From: Gemmatimonadota bacterium
GTDB taxonomy: Bacteria > Gemmatimonadota > Gemmatimonadetes > Longimicrobiales > Gaopeijiaceae
Assembly (NCBI GenBank): GCA_034521595.1
Contig: JAXHMG010000003.1
Coordinates: 960,001-1,024,000, forward strand
Direction of reading: 5' to 3'
DNA length: 64,000 nt
Positions 18,002 to 28,085 of the stretch are shown here, one piece after another; positions within the stretch are counted from its first letter, which is position 1; every line of letters begins with the position of its first letter. The position numbers and the translations under genes were made by a program. The notes beneath the pieces are model-generated. The model had not been told where the DNA came from and did no database searches. It worked only from the letters and a program-made list of their open reading frames with translations.

Positions 18002-19424
18002 GGCGCGGTGGGGGCTCCGGCTGCTCGTCGGGACGGCCGGGACGGCCGTCTTGCTCGCGCTGGCCGTGCCCGTGCACGCGTTCCAGGCCGACACGCTCCG
18101 GCTCTCGCTCGACGAGGCGATGCGGATGGCGGAGGGCGGCAACCCCGGCTTCCGGCAGGCACGGAACGCCGTGACGCTGAACGGCGTCGAGTCCCGCACC
18201 ACCTGGCTCGGCGAGATCGTGCCCGAAGTGAGCCTCTCGCTCTTCAGCACGGGATACACGGGCAATCTGCAGCGTCGCGCGACCGACAACTTCGGGAACC
18301 CGATCGAGAATCCGAGCGCGGACTGGGTCTACTTCTCCAACACCAATCAATCGCTCAACGTCACGTGGGCGTTCCAGGGCCCCTCGCTGTTCGACGCGCA
18401 CCGGAGGCAGACCCTGGTGAACCGTGGCCGGTCCCTCAGCCGGGAGGTGGCGCTGAGCGAGCTCCAGATGGAGGTGCGGCGTCTGTACATGGACGCGCTG
18501 GAGCAGCGCGCGCTCACGGGCGCCGAAGAGGAGCTGGTCGCGGCCCGCGAGGTCGACCTGGAGGTCGCGGAGCGGCTCTTCTCCCTCGCCATGCGGACCC
18601 GCGTGGACGTGCTGAACGCCGAGCTCGCGGTGGAGCAGCAGGCCCTCGCGCTCCAACGCCAGCGGGCGGCGCACCGCCGGGCCCTTCTCGCGCTCCGCAC
18701 GAGCCTGGGCACCGACGGTCCGACCGAGCTCGCCCTCGCGGACGAGCCGCTGCCCATCTTCGATCCGGCGGCGCTCGATCCGGACGCCCTGGTCCGTCGC
18801 GCACTCGACGCCAACCCGTCGCTCCGCCGCTCCCGAGTCGACGTGCGAAGCGCCGAGCTCGCGGTCTCGGAGCAACGGAACGTGTGGTGGCCCGAGGTCT
18901 CGATGGGCTTCAACCTCTACCGGCGCGCCCAGCGCCCGAACCAGGACGCGCTCTTCGACTTCTCGTTCGACGAGGGCCTCGAACGCCGGTTCTTCGTGCA
19001 GCTTTCGCTTCCGGCCTTCAACAACTTCTTCGAGAACCGCAGGTCGGCGGCGCAGGCCGCGGTCGAGCGCGACAACGAGCGGGAGGCCGACCGGGAGGCG
19101 CGTCTGGACGTGGAGGAGGCCGTGCGGGGGGCGCACCTGGAGCTGAACAACGAATGGCGGTCGCTCCGCCTCGCCGAGCGGTCGCACGAGATCGCGGAGG
19201 AGGCGCTCAGGCTCGCCCGCGAGGAGTACCGCCTCGGCACGCGCTCCTTCGAGGACCTGCAGGCCAGCTTCGAGCAGGAGGCGGAGACGCGCCGGCAGGT
19301 GATCACCGCCCGGTACGCCTTCGTCGACGCGCTGCTCGACCTCGAGGAGGCCGTGGGTGAGTCGGTGCGGCCGCCTGGTGACGGGACCGGGTCCGGGGCG
19401 GTAGGGCCCGGCGGAGGGCGCTGA
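17994..19424 (+). CDS. TolC-family outer membrane protein
   Basis: Signal peptide, LSLDEAMRMA...NP, two helical OEP repeats, YRLGTRS. Confidence 0.88.
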   Translation: MREARWGLRLLVGTAGTAVLLALAVPVHAFQADTLRLSLDEAMRMAEGGNPGFRQARNAVTLNGVESRTTWLGEIVPEVSLSLFSTGYTGNLQRRATDNFGNPIENPSADWVYFSNTNQSLNVTWAFQGPSLFDAHRRQTLVNRGRSLSREVALSELQMEVRRLYMDALEQRALTGAEEELVAAREVDLEVAERLFSLAMRTRVDVLNAELAVEQQALALQRQRAAHRRALLALRTSLGTDGPTELALADEPLPIFDPAALDPDALVRRALDANPSLRRSRVDVRSAELAVSEQRNVWWPEVSMGFNLYRRAQRPNQDALFDFSFDEGLERRFFVQLSLPAFNNFFENRRSAAQAAVERDNEREADREARLDVEEAVRGAHLELNNEWRSLRLAERSHEIAEEALRLAREEYRLGTRSFEDLQASFEQEAETRRQVITARYAFVDALLDLEEAVGESVRPPGDGTGSGAVGPGGGR

Positions 19425-19426
19425 AG

Positions 19427-22400
19427 GTGTCCATCCCGGGCGTGTCGACGCGGAGGCCGGTCGCGGTCTGGATGCTCTTCCTCGCGATCGTCCTGCTCGG
19501 CGCGATCTCGTACGTGCGGCTGCCGATCGACCTCCTGCCGGACGTGAGCTACCCGCGGTTGGTGGTCTATACGCTCTACCCGGAGGTCGCGCCGGCCGAG
19601 GTCGAGCGCCTCGTCACCGAGCGGGTGGAGGCGGCCGCGGCGGCGGTGCCGGGCGTGGAGAAGGTCACGTCCAGCTCGCGCTACGGCGTGAGCCTGGTGA
19701 CGCTCCGGTTCGCGTGGGGCACGGACATGGACTTCGCCATGCTCAACGTGCGCGAGCGCATGGACAACACGCGCGGCGCGTTACCCCAGAGCGCCACGCG
19801 GCCCGTGATCCTGCGCGTCGACCCCGAGTCCGAGCCGGTGATGACGCTCTCTGTCGTGGGCGGGGACGACCTCTGGGCGACCAAGGAGTTTGCGGAGACC
19901 GTCTTCCGCCGCCGCCTCGAGCAGCTCGACGGCGTCGCCCAGGCGTCGGTCGCGGGAGGGCTCGACCGCGAGATCCAGGTCGAGGTGAATCCGGATGCGG
20001 TCGACGCCTACGGGGTCACGCTCGAGGAGATCGCCACCGCGCTCGACCGGGCCAACGTCTCCGCGCCGGGCGGGACGATTCTGCAGGGGCGCTACCGATA
20101 CCCGCTCCGCACGCTCGGCGAGTTCCGGACCGTCGAGGAGATCGGCGACGTGGTGGTCGCCCGCCGGGCGGTCGGGGGAGGGGGGACGGAGTCGGGCGAT
20201 GGACGGGACGAGGCCGGTGGCGGCGCGGGCGGCGAGGGTCGGGCTTCGGGCTACCAGGTCGTGCGCCTCCGCGACATCGCCCGGGTGATCGACGGGTTCG
20301 CCGAGCGGGAGGCGATCGCGCGCTACGGGGGCACGGAGTCGGTGGGCGTGCTCGTCTTCAAGGAGTCGGGGGCCAACACGGTCGGGGTGGCCGAGCGCGT
20401 CGAAGCGGTCATCGGGCAGCTCGCCACGGAGTACCCCGATTTCGAGGTCGACGTGGCGGGCGACCAGGCGGAGTTCATCGCCGCCTCCATCTCGAACGTG
20501 GTGCAGGCGCTCGTGCTCGGAGGCGTGCTCGCGTTCCTCGTGCTCTTCCTCTTCCTGCGCGACTCCCGGTATCCGTTCGCCATCGCGCTCGCCATCCCGA
20601 TCTCGGTCGTCGCGACCTTCGCGCTCATGGACGCCGCGGGCGTCAGCCTGAACATCATGAGCCTCGGTGGGCTCGCGCTCGGTGTCGGCATGTTGGTCGA
20701 CAACTCGATCATCGTGCTCGAGAACATCTTCCGGCACGGCGAGGAGCTGGGACGGGACGCCGTCGAAGCCGCCGCCGCGGGCGCCGAGGAGGTGCAGGCG
20801 GCGATCACCGCTTCGACCCTCACCACCATCTCGGTGTTCGGCCCGATCATCTACGTGGAAGGGGTCGCGGGCGAGCTCTTCGAGGACCTCTCGCTCGCGG
20901 TGGCGTTCTCGCTGCTCGCGTCGCTCCTCGTGGCGCTGACGTTGCTTCCCTCGCTCGCCGCCCGGTTCGGGGGCGTGGCCGCGGCTCGGGGACGTGAGGG
21001 TGAAGCGGGCGAGGAGGAGGCGTCCGGGGCCGCGGGCGAGGCGGCCCCGGTCGGGCGCCTGGCCCGGATGGGTCGGGTCGTGCGGGGGGTGGGGCGCGCG
21101 CCCGCGCGCCTGCTCGGCTGGCTCGGCCGCCTGGGGCGCGAGCTCGTGGCCTTCTGGGCGGCGGGGATCGCGGGGGCGCTCGGTCGCTTGTTCGGGCCGC
21201 TCCTCCGCGCGTTCGACCGGGGGTTCGACCGGTTCGCCGCCGTCTACCACGGTGTCCTGGAGTCGGCGCTCGACCGCCCGGGGCGTGTCCTGGGGATCTC
21301 GGCGGGCGCGCTCGCCCTCACCGTCGCGGTCGGGTTCATGCTGCCCCGGGATCTGCTGCCGCACGTCGATCAGGGTGCGTTCACCGTGCGGCTCGAGCTC
21401 GAGGAAGGGACGTCGCTCGAGGCCACGTCCGAGGAGGCGGCCGGCATCGAGGAGGCGGCGCTCGAGGACCCGGACGTCGACGCGGTGTTCAGCCGGGTGG
21501 GCCGCGACGCGCGCGCCTACGCCACCGGTGCGCGCGCGGTGGGGCTCCACACCGCGACCATCCAGGTGCGCGTGAGGGCGGGCGGCGACACCGAGGCGGC
21601 CGTGGAGCGGTTGCGGGATCTCGAGGCGCGCTTCCCGGAAGGCGCCCTCACGATCGAGACCGGTCAGGCCACCGCGCTCGGGGCGATGTTGGGGGGTGGC
21701 GAGGCGGACGTCGCCGTGCGGGTGCGGAGCGAGGACCTCGATCTCGCGTTCGCGCGGGCCGACGAGATCGCCGGCCTGCTCGAAGGCGTGCCGGCGCTGG
21801 GCAACGTGCGCGTGGGCACCGAGCGGGGTCAGCCCCAGCTCCAGATCGAGATCGACCGGGCCGCGTGCGCGAGCTACGGGATCGAGCCGCGGGCCGTGGC
21901 GGACCAGATCGATCGGGCCATGCGCGGCACCGTGGCCACGGAATTCGTGGATTTCGACCGGAAGATCGACGTGGTGGTCCGCTACCCGGAGGACCTCCGT
22001 TACTCGCGCGAGACGCTCGACGCGCTGCGGGTCGAGGGCGTGCCGATCCGCCAGCTCATCCGGGTGCAGGAGACCCTCTCGCCGTCCGAGGTCCGGCGGG
22101 AGGACCAGGCGCGGGTGGTGCCGGTCTACGCGGACGTGCTCCGAGGCGGCCTCGACGCGGCCGTCCAGGAGGTCGAGGCTTCGCTCGCGTCCCTTCCGGC
22201 GTCGAGCGACGTCCGGTGGGAGGTCGGAGGCGAGAACGAGGAGATGCGGCGCTCCTTCCTGGATCTGGCTTTCGCGTTCGGGCTCGCGCTCCTGCTGGTC
22301 TACATGATCCTCGCGGCCCAGTTCGAGTCGTTCGTGCACCCGCTCACCATCCTGATCGCGGTGCCGCTCGCGCTCGTCGGAGCCATCCTGGCGCTCCTCC

Positions 22401-22777
22401 TGGCCGGTGAGGGACTCAACACGATGAGCCTGATCGGCATCGTCATCCTGGTCGGTATCGTCGTGAACGACGCCATCGTGAAGGTCGACTTCATCCGCCA
22501 GGGTCGGGAGCGGGGCGAGGCGCTCCGGCACGCGATCGTCGAGGCGGGACGGGTCCGGCTGCGGCCCATCGTCATGACGACGGCCACGACCGTGCTGGGG
22601 CTGGTTCCGATGGCGCTCGGGATCGGTCGGGGCGCCGACCTGCGCGCACCGCTCGCGGTGGCCGTCATCGGCGGGCTCCTGGTGGCGACCGCGCTCACGC
22701 TGATCGTCGTGCCGGTCGTCTACCAGACCATCGAGCGGCTCCGCCTGGGCGTGAAGGCGCCCGGAGCGTCGCCATGA
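19427..22777 (+). CDS. RND transporter permease subunit 1
   Basis: RRPVAV, GMLVDNSIIVLEN, RLRPIVMT. Confidence 0.93.
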   Translation: MSIPGVSTRRPVAVWMLFLAIVLLGAISYVRLPIDLLPDVSYPRLVVYTLYPEVAPAEVERLVTERVEAAAAAVPGVEKVTSSSRYGVSLVTLRFAWGTDMDFAMLNVRERMDNTRGALPQSATRPVILRVDPESEPVMTLSVVGGDDLWATKEFAETVFRRRLEQLDGVAQASVAGGLDREIQVEVNPDAVDAYGVTLEEIATALDRANVSAPGGTILQGRYRYPLRTLGEFRTVEEIGDVVVARRAVGGGGTESGDGRDEAGGGAGGEGRASGYQVVRLRDIARVIDGFAEREAIARYGGTESVGVLVFKESGANTVGVAERVEAVIGQLATEYPDFEVDVAGDQAEFIAASISNVVQALVLGGVLAFLVLFLFLRDSRYPFAIALAIPISVVATFALMDAAGVSLNIMSLGGLALGVGMLVDNSIIVLENIFRHGEELGRDAVEAAAAGAEEVQAAITASTLTTISVFGPIIYVEGVAGELFEDLSLAVAFSLLASLLVALTLLPSLAARFGGVAAARGREGEAGEEEASGAAGEAAPVGRLARMGRVVRGVGRAPARLLGWLGRLGRELVAFWAAGIAGALGRLFGPLLRAFDRGFDRFAAVYHGVLESALDRPGRVLGISAGALALTVAVGFMLPRDLLPHVDQGAFTVRLELEEGTSLEATSEEAAGIEEAALEDPDVDAVFSRVGRDARAYATGARAVGLHTATIQVRVRAGGDTEAAVERLRDLEARFPEGALTIETGQATALGAMLGGGEADVAVRVRSEDLDLAFARADEIAGLLEGVPALGNVRVGTERGQPQLQIEIDRAACASYGIEPRAVADQIDRAMRGTVATEFVDFDRKIDVVVRYPEDLRYSRETLDALRVEGVPIRQLIRVQETLSPSEVRREDQARVVPVYADVLRGGLDAAVQEVEASLASLPASSDVRWEVGGENEEMRRSFLDLAFAFGLALLLVYMILAAQFESFVHPLTILIAVPLALVGAILALLLAGEGLNTMSLIGIVILVGIVVNDAIVKVDFIRQGRERGEALRHAIVEAGRVRLRPIVMTTATTVLGLVPMALGIGRGADLRAPLAVAVIGGLLVATALTLIVVPVVYQTIERLRLGVKAPGASP

Positions 22778-25700
22778 TCCGGCAGAGCCTGCGCCGCCCG
22801 GTCGCGATCACCATGCTCTACGGGGCCGTGGCGCTCCTCGGCATCGCGGCGTGGCGCAACGTCCCGATCGAGATCCTTCCGGACACGGAGCTCCCGCAGC
22901 TCACCGTGACGGCGAGTTGGCCGGGGGCTTCGCCCGAGACGCTGGAGGCGTTCCTCACCGCGCCCCTCGAAGGCGCGATCCAACAGGTCCGGGGCGTCGA
23001 GCGCATCGTGTCGACCTCCTCGGAGCAGGACGGGAGGGGCATGGCCGAGATCCAGGTCGAGTTCGAGCGGGACATCGACATGGACTTCGCGCGGCTCGAC
23101 CTCTCGGAGCGCCTCGCGACCCTCGAGGAGTCGCTGCCTGCCGGAGCGGACCCGGTCCAGGTCGAGCAGTACGTGCCCGAGGAGTTCGAGGAGCAGAGCC
23201 GCCCGTTCCTCCAGTACACGTTCACCGGGCCCTATACGCTCGAGGCGCTCCGCCAGCATCTCGACGACGTCGTGGCCCCCGAGCTCGGGCAGGTCGACGG
23301 GGTCGCCCTCGTGAGCGTGTTCGGGGGCCGGGAGCGGCGTCTCGAGATCCGGCTCGACGAGGAAGCGATCGCGGCCCTCGACCTCGACGCCGCCGCGGTG
23401 CGCCAGGCCATCCTCGACCTCGACCTTGTGCGGGAGGCCGGCGTGGTGCGGGAAGGGGACTCCGAGCGCACCCTCACGATCGCGAACCGGCCACAGAACC
23501 CGGAGGACATACGGGGCGCGGTGCTCGGCGTGGCCGGTGGGACGCCGGTGCGCATCTCGGACGTGGCGACGGTGCACGACACGTACGAGGACGCCCGACG
23601 CCTCTCACGCGTCCAGGGCCGCCCCGCCGTCGGATTCCGGATCTTCAAGTCGGTCGGGGTCAACACGGTGGCGGTCGCCGATGCCGTGAAGGCCCGGATG
23701 GCCGAGCTCGAGCCGCTCGCGCCCTTCGGGGCCGACTACGTCCTGGAGTTCGACGAGAGCGAGGACATCCGTGGCCAGCTCTCCGACCTGCGCACGCGCG
23801 CGCTCGTCAGCGCCCTCGTCATCTTCCTCGTCCTCCTCGCGTTCCTGCGCTCGTTCCGCTCCGCCGGTCTCGTCTTCGCGACCATCGCGTTCAGCGTGCT
23901 CATCGCCCTGAACCTGATCTACTTCGGCGGGCTCACCCTCAACCTGCTCACACTCATGGGCCTGGCGATGGGGTTCGGCTTGATCGTGGACAACGCGATC
24001 GTCGTGCTCGAGAACATCTATCGGCGGAAGCAGCGCGGTGCGTCCGCGGCCGACGCGGCCGACCGGGGGGCGCGCGAGGTCGTCCTTCCGATCTTCGCGT
24101 CGACCGCGACCACCCTCATCGTCTTCGTGCCGTTCGTGTACCTCCAGGGCGAGGTCCGGGTCTTCTACGTGCCGCTCGCGATCGTCGTGGCGCTCACGCT
24201 CGGAGCCTCCCTCCTCGTCGCGTTCACGTTCATCCCCGCGCTCGCCGCCCGCATCCTCGGGGGCGGCCCGGACGGCGGGACCTCGTCCGGGGCGAGCCCA
24301 TCGGGGGACCCGGAGCCCGACGAAACCGCTTCGCGCCCGCCGTTCTACGCCCGCTTCTACGCGGACGTGGTCGGCTTCACGGTGCGTCACCCCGTGCCGG
24401 CCATCGTCGTCACGCTCGCCGCTTTCGCCGGCTCGTACCACCTCTTCGACCGGTACGTGAGCCGTTGGGCGATGTGGGGCGGGGGTTGGGGCGCCGAGAC
24501 CTACATCAGCGTGAACATCGAGCTCCCGAGGGGATCGAACCTCGAACGCACCGACCAGCTCGTCCGGTACTTCGAGGAACGGGTGGGCGCGATGCCCGAG
24601 GTCGAGCGCTACAGCGCGCAGATCCGGCCCAACCAGGCGTCCATGGAGATCACCTTTCCGGACTCGCTCGAGAGCACCTCGGTTCCGGTCGTGATCAAGG
24701 AGCAGATGGTCGCGTTCAGCCACACCTTCACCGGCGCGGACGTGCGCGTGTACGGGTACGGGCCCTCGTTCTACGGCGGGGGGGGAAGCCCGCCGAACTA
24801 CGGCATCCAGGTGCTCGGCTACAACTACGAGCGCGTGCGGGACATCGCCGAGGACATCGGCACCCGGCTCACGCGGCTGAGCCGCGTGGTGGAGGTCGAT
24901 ACCAACGCGTCGTCCAACCGCTTCGTGCGGGACCGGGCCTCGGAGTTCACGCTCGAGGTCGACCGGGACCGGCTCGCGCAGCACGCCCTCACGGTGGAGG
25001 AGCTCGTGGACGGGATCGGCGCGGCGGTGGCCGGCAACTCGCGCCTGAGCTACCTGAAGCTCGGCGGCGACGAGGTCCAGATCCAGGTCAAGCTCGAGCG
25101 CAATCAGGATCTCGACGTCGTGGCGCTGCGGGAGACGCTGATCCCCACCCCTTCCGGACGGCGCATCCGGCTCGGCGACGTGATCCGGGTCCAGCAACGG
25201 GAGGTGCTCGCCCAGATCCGCAGGGAGAACCAGCAGTACGAGCGCACGGTCGCCTACGAGTTCCGGGGGCCGACGCGGCTGGGGGACGTCGTCCACGAAG
25301 CGGTGATCGGCGGGACGGACGTGCCGCCGGGCTACACGGTCCAGGCGGGCCAGAACAACTGGTTCGTGAGCCAGGAGGACCGGGAGCAGATCTGGATGGT
25401 GCTCGCCGTGGCGCTCCTTCTCGTCTATATGGTGACGGCCGCGCTCTTCGAGTCGCTCCTGCGCCCCTTCTCGGTGATCCTCACCGTGCCGATGGCGCTG
25501 ATCGGGGTCTATCTGATCTTCTTCTATACCGGTGCGTCTTTCACGCGTGAAGCCTACATCGGCGTCATCATGATGTTGGGGGTGGTCGTCAACAACGCGA
25601 TCCTCCTCGTCGACCACGTGAACCGGGTGCGTGCCGAGGCACCGGAGCTCTCGTTGGAGGACGCGATCGTGCGGGGGACGGTCGAACGGGTCCGGCCCAT

Positions 25701-25965
25701 CCTGATGACCACCATCACCACCGTGCTCGGGCTCTTGCCGCTGGTGGTCTTCGGGAACGCGGCCGGGTCGAACATCTGGGACGCGCTCGCGCTCGTCCTG
25801 ATCGGCGGGCTGCTCTCATCGACGATCTTCGTGCTGACGATCACGCCGGCGGTGTACCGGCTGCTCGAACGCCTCCGTCCCGCGGGCGCGCCCGTGATGC
25901 CGGGGATCCCCGTCGGCGCGCGCGGTGGGGCATGGACCCCCGCGAGCGCGCCCGAGGTATCATAG
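22774..25965 (+). CDS. RND transporter permease subunit 2
   Basis: RRPVAI, GLIVDNAIVVLEN, RVRPILMT. Confidence 0.93.
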   Translation: MIRQSLRRPVAITMLYGAVALLGIAAWRNVPIEILPDTELPQLTVTASWPGASPETLEAFLTAPLEGAIQQVRGVERIVSTSSEQDGRGMAEIQVEFERDIDMDFARLDLSERLATLEESLPAGADPVQVEQYVPEEFEEQSRPFLQYTFTGPYTLEALRQHLDDVVAPELGQVDGVALVSVFGGRERRLEIRLDEEAIAALDLDAAAVRQAILDLDLVREAGVVREGDSERTLTIANRPQNPEDIRGAVLGVAGGTPVRISDVATVHDTYEDARRLSRVQGRPAVGFRIFKSVGVNTVAVADAVKARMAELEPLAPFGADYVLEFDESEDIRGQLSDLRTRALVSALVIFLVLLAFLRSFRSAGLVFATIAFSVLIALNLIYFGGLTLNLLTLMGLAMGFGLIVDNAIVVLENIYRRKQRGASAADAADRGAREVVLPIFASTATTLIVFVPFVYLQGEVRVFYVPLAIVVALTLGASLLVAFTFIPALAARILGGGPDGGTSSGASPSGDPEPDETASRPPFYARFYADVVGFTVRHPVPAIVVTLAAFAGSYHLFDRYVSRWAMWGGGWGAETYISVNIELPRGSNLERTDQLVRYFEERVGAMPEVERYSAQIRPNQASMEITFPDSLESTSVPVVIKEQMVAFSHTFTGADVRVYGYGPSFYGGGGSPPNYGIQVLGYNYERVRDIAEDIGTRLTRLSRVVEVDTNASSNRFVRDRASEFTLEVDRDRLAQHALTVEELVDGIGAAVAGNSRLSYLKLGGDEVQIQVKLERNQDLDVVALRETLIPTPSGRRIRLGDVIRVQQREVLAQIRRENQQYERTVAYEFRGPTRLGDVVHEAVIGGTDVPPGYTVQAGQNNWFVSQEDREQIWMVLAVALLLVYMVTAALFESLLRPFSVILTVPMALIGVYLIFFYTGASFTREAYIGVIMMLGVVVNNAILLVDHVNRVRAEAPELSLEDAIVRGTVERVRPILMTTITTVLGLLPLVVFGNAAGSNIWDALALVLIGGLLSSTIFVLTITPAVYRLLERLRPAGAPVMPGIPVGARGGAWTPASAPEVS

Positions 25966-25967
25966 GT

Positions 25968-26735
25968 ATGAACGATCTGATTCGAGGCGTGCGGATCGCG
26001 TCCGCCGCGGTAGTGGTCGGGGCCTCCGTGCTGGCGCTGGGGCCGGCGTCCGCGACCGCCCAGATGGGTGGTCAGGGCTTCGTGTTCCAGCACCCCAAGG
26101 TCTCGGTGGCCTTCCACGGGGGGTACGCCGTCCCGAGTGCGAACAGCGACCTGTTCGACCAGACGACCACCGATCTGAGGCTCGGACGCGACGATTTCCA
26201 CGCGCCCTACGTGGGCGGCGAGCTCGCCGTGTGGGTCTCGGAGCGTTGGGACGTGGCCCTCGACGTGGGCCATGCGTGGTCCACGACGCGGGCCGAGTGG
26301 GACGCCTACCTCGAGGACGGCCGGCCCATCTGGCAGGTCGTGGAGCTCGCCCGCACGCCTGTGACGGTGAGCGGGAAGTACTACCTCACGGATCGCGGCC
26401 GCACGATCGGCCGGTTCGTGTGGATTCCGGCCCGCGTGACCCCGTTCCTCGGCGGAGGCTTGGGCTTCATGCGCTACCGCTTTGCCCAGGACGGGGACTT
26501 CGTCGTCGAGGAGACGCTCGAGATCTTCACGGATCGAATCGAGCAGGTCGGCACGGCGTTCACCGCGCACGGGTTCGCCGGTGCGGACGTCCATCTGGCC
26601 AAGGCGCTGTATCTGAGCACGAAGGTGCGGTACATGTGGGCCAGGGACGGATTGGACCGGTCGTTGTATAACGAGTTCGAGCCCGTGGACCTCTCGGGTG
26701 TCCAGGTCACGCTCGGCCTCGGCGTTCGGTTCTGA
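25968..26735 (+). CDS. Outer membrane beta-barrel protein
   Basis: Signal peptide, PFLGGGLG strand, C-terminal VTLGLGVRF BAM motif. Confidence 0.8.
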   Translation: MNDLIRGVRIASAAVVVGASVLALGPASATAQMGGQGFVFQHPKVSVAFHGGYAVPSANSDLFDQTTTDLRLGRDDFHAPYVGGELAVWVSERWDVALDVGHAWSTTRAEWDAYLEDGRPIWQVVELARTPVTVSGKYYLTDRGRTIGRFVWIPARVTPFLGGGLGFMRYRFAQDGDFVVEETLEIFTDRIEQVGTAFTAHGFAGADVHLAKALYLSTKVRYMWARDGLDRSLYNEFEPVDLSGVQVTLGLGVRF

Positions 26736-26760
26736 GGTGACATCTACGATGGAGGACGAC

Positions 26761-28032
26761 ATGGCGAGGGGCGAAGGAAGCAGACCACTCGGGACGCCGA
26801 AGCGTGGGCACGCGACATCGGTGGGCGCGCTCGCGACGCTGATGGGCACCGCCCTGGTCCTCCCCATGGGCGCGACCGCCCAGGACGTACCGACCGCCGA
26901 ACGGGAGGCGGGACTCGACGACCCGCGCTGGACCGCGTTCGTCGGCTGCTGGGAGCCGACGGCGGGCGACCGCGAGGACGAAGCCGGGCTTCTGTGCGTG
27001 CGCCCGGCCGGTGAGGGCGTGGAGATGTTCACGATCCAGGACGGGGCGGTCCGCACCAGCGACCTTCTGGTGGGCGACGGCGAGCCGCGTGAGATCCGCG
27101 CCGAAGGGTGCGAAGGTTGGGAGGCGGTGTCCTTCTCCGACGACGGACGCCGTGCCTTCACCGAGACCGCGTACACGTGCGACGGGATCGAGCAGTCGGG
27201 GACGGGGGTGCTCGCCCTCGTCTCGCCGACCGAATGGGTCGACGTGCGGGCGCTCGAGGTGGACGGGGAGCAGACCTCCTGGGTGCAGCGTTACCGGCTG
27301 GTGGGTGTCGACCGCGCCGCGGCCGAGGGGGTGGACGCCCCGGGCTTCGGGATGGAGACGGCCGCGCGGACCGCTCGGTTCGTCGGCCATCGCGGCGTGG
27401 GGTTCGTCGAGGTCGAAGAGGCGGCCGAACGGGTCGATGCCGAAGCGGTTGAGGGGTGGTTGGCCAGTCGCCGAGAAGGGTTCTCCCCCACGGCCGAGGA
27501 CCTCGAAGGCCTCGCCGACGCCGGGGTCCCCGAATCGGTCATCGACGTTGTGGTCGCGAAGTCCTTCCCGGAGCGGTTCTCCGTCGACGCCGAAGGCGCG
27601 GCCGACCGCGCGAGTCGCGCTCGCGATGGAGCGCGGGCCTCGGGCGCAAGGCGCCCCGTCCGGTACGGGCCGCGCGTGCCGTTCAGGATGCGGGGGCTCG
27701 GATACGGATTCGGGTACGTTCCCGTGGGCCCCTACTTCTACGGCGCTCGCTCGGGCTACGGCTACGGGTATTCGGACGCGTGGCGATACCGTCCCGGCAC
27801 GGTGATCATCGAGCGACGCGAGCCCGAGCCGCGCGGACGGATCATCCGGGGCAGGGGCTACACCCGCCCGTCGGGTGACGAAGGGCGCTCGGCGACGCCG
27901 AGAAGCGGAAGCAGCGGCCAGGACCGGCCGCAGGCCGCGCCGGACCGGCGGTCCGGTGGCGACGCGGACACGGACCGGGACGACCCACCGCGCCGAAGGG
28001 CCGAGCCCCGGCCACCCGGCGGCGGGGGCTGA
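26761..28032 (+). CDS. Exported hypothetical protein with G/Y-rich and R/P-rich tail
   Basis: RBS GGAGG, signal peptide ending ATA-Q, high-GC3 codon pattern. Confidence 0.65.
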   Translation: MARGEGSRPLGTPKRGHATSVGALATLMGTALVLPMGATAQDVPTAEREAGLDDPRWTAFVGCWEPTAGDREDEAGLLCVRPAGEGVEMFTIQDGAVRTSDLLVGDGEPREIRAEGCEGWEAVSFSDDGRRAFTETAYTCDGIEQSGTGVLALVSPTEWVDVRALEVDGEQTSWVQRYRLVGVDRAAAEGVDAPGFGMETAARTARFVGHRGVGFVEVEEAAERVDAEAVEGWLASRREGFSPTAEDLEGLADAGVPESVIDVVVAKSFPERFSVDAEGAADRASRARDGARASGARRPVRYGPRVPFRMRGLGYGFGYVPVGPYFYGARSGYGYGYSDAWRYRPGTVIIERREPEPRGRIIRGRGYTRPSGDEGRSATPRSGSSGQDRPQAAPDRRSGGDADTDRDDPPRRRAEPRPPGGGG

Positions 28033-28085
28033 GCGGGAAGAAACACGCTCCACTCCGTCCAGGCCATGTGCTACCTTTCCCGGCT

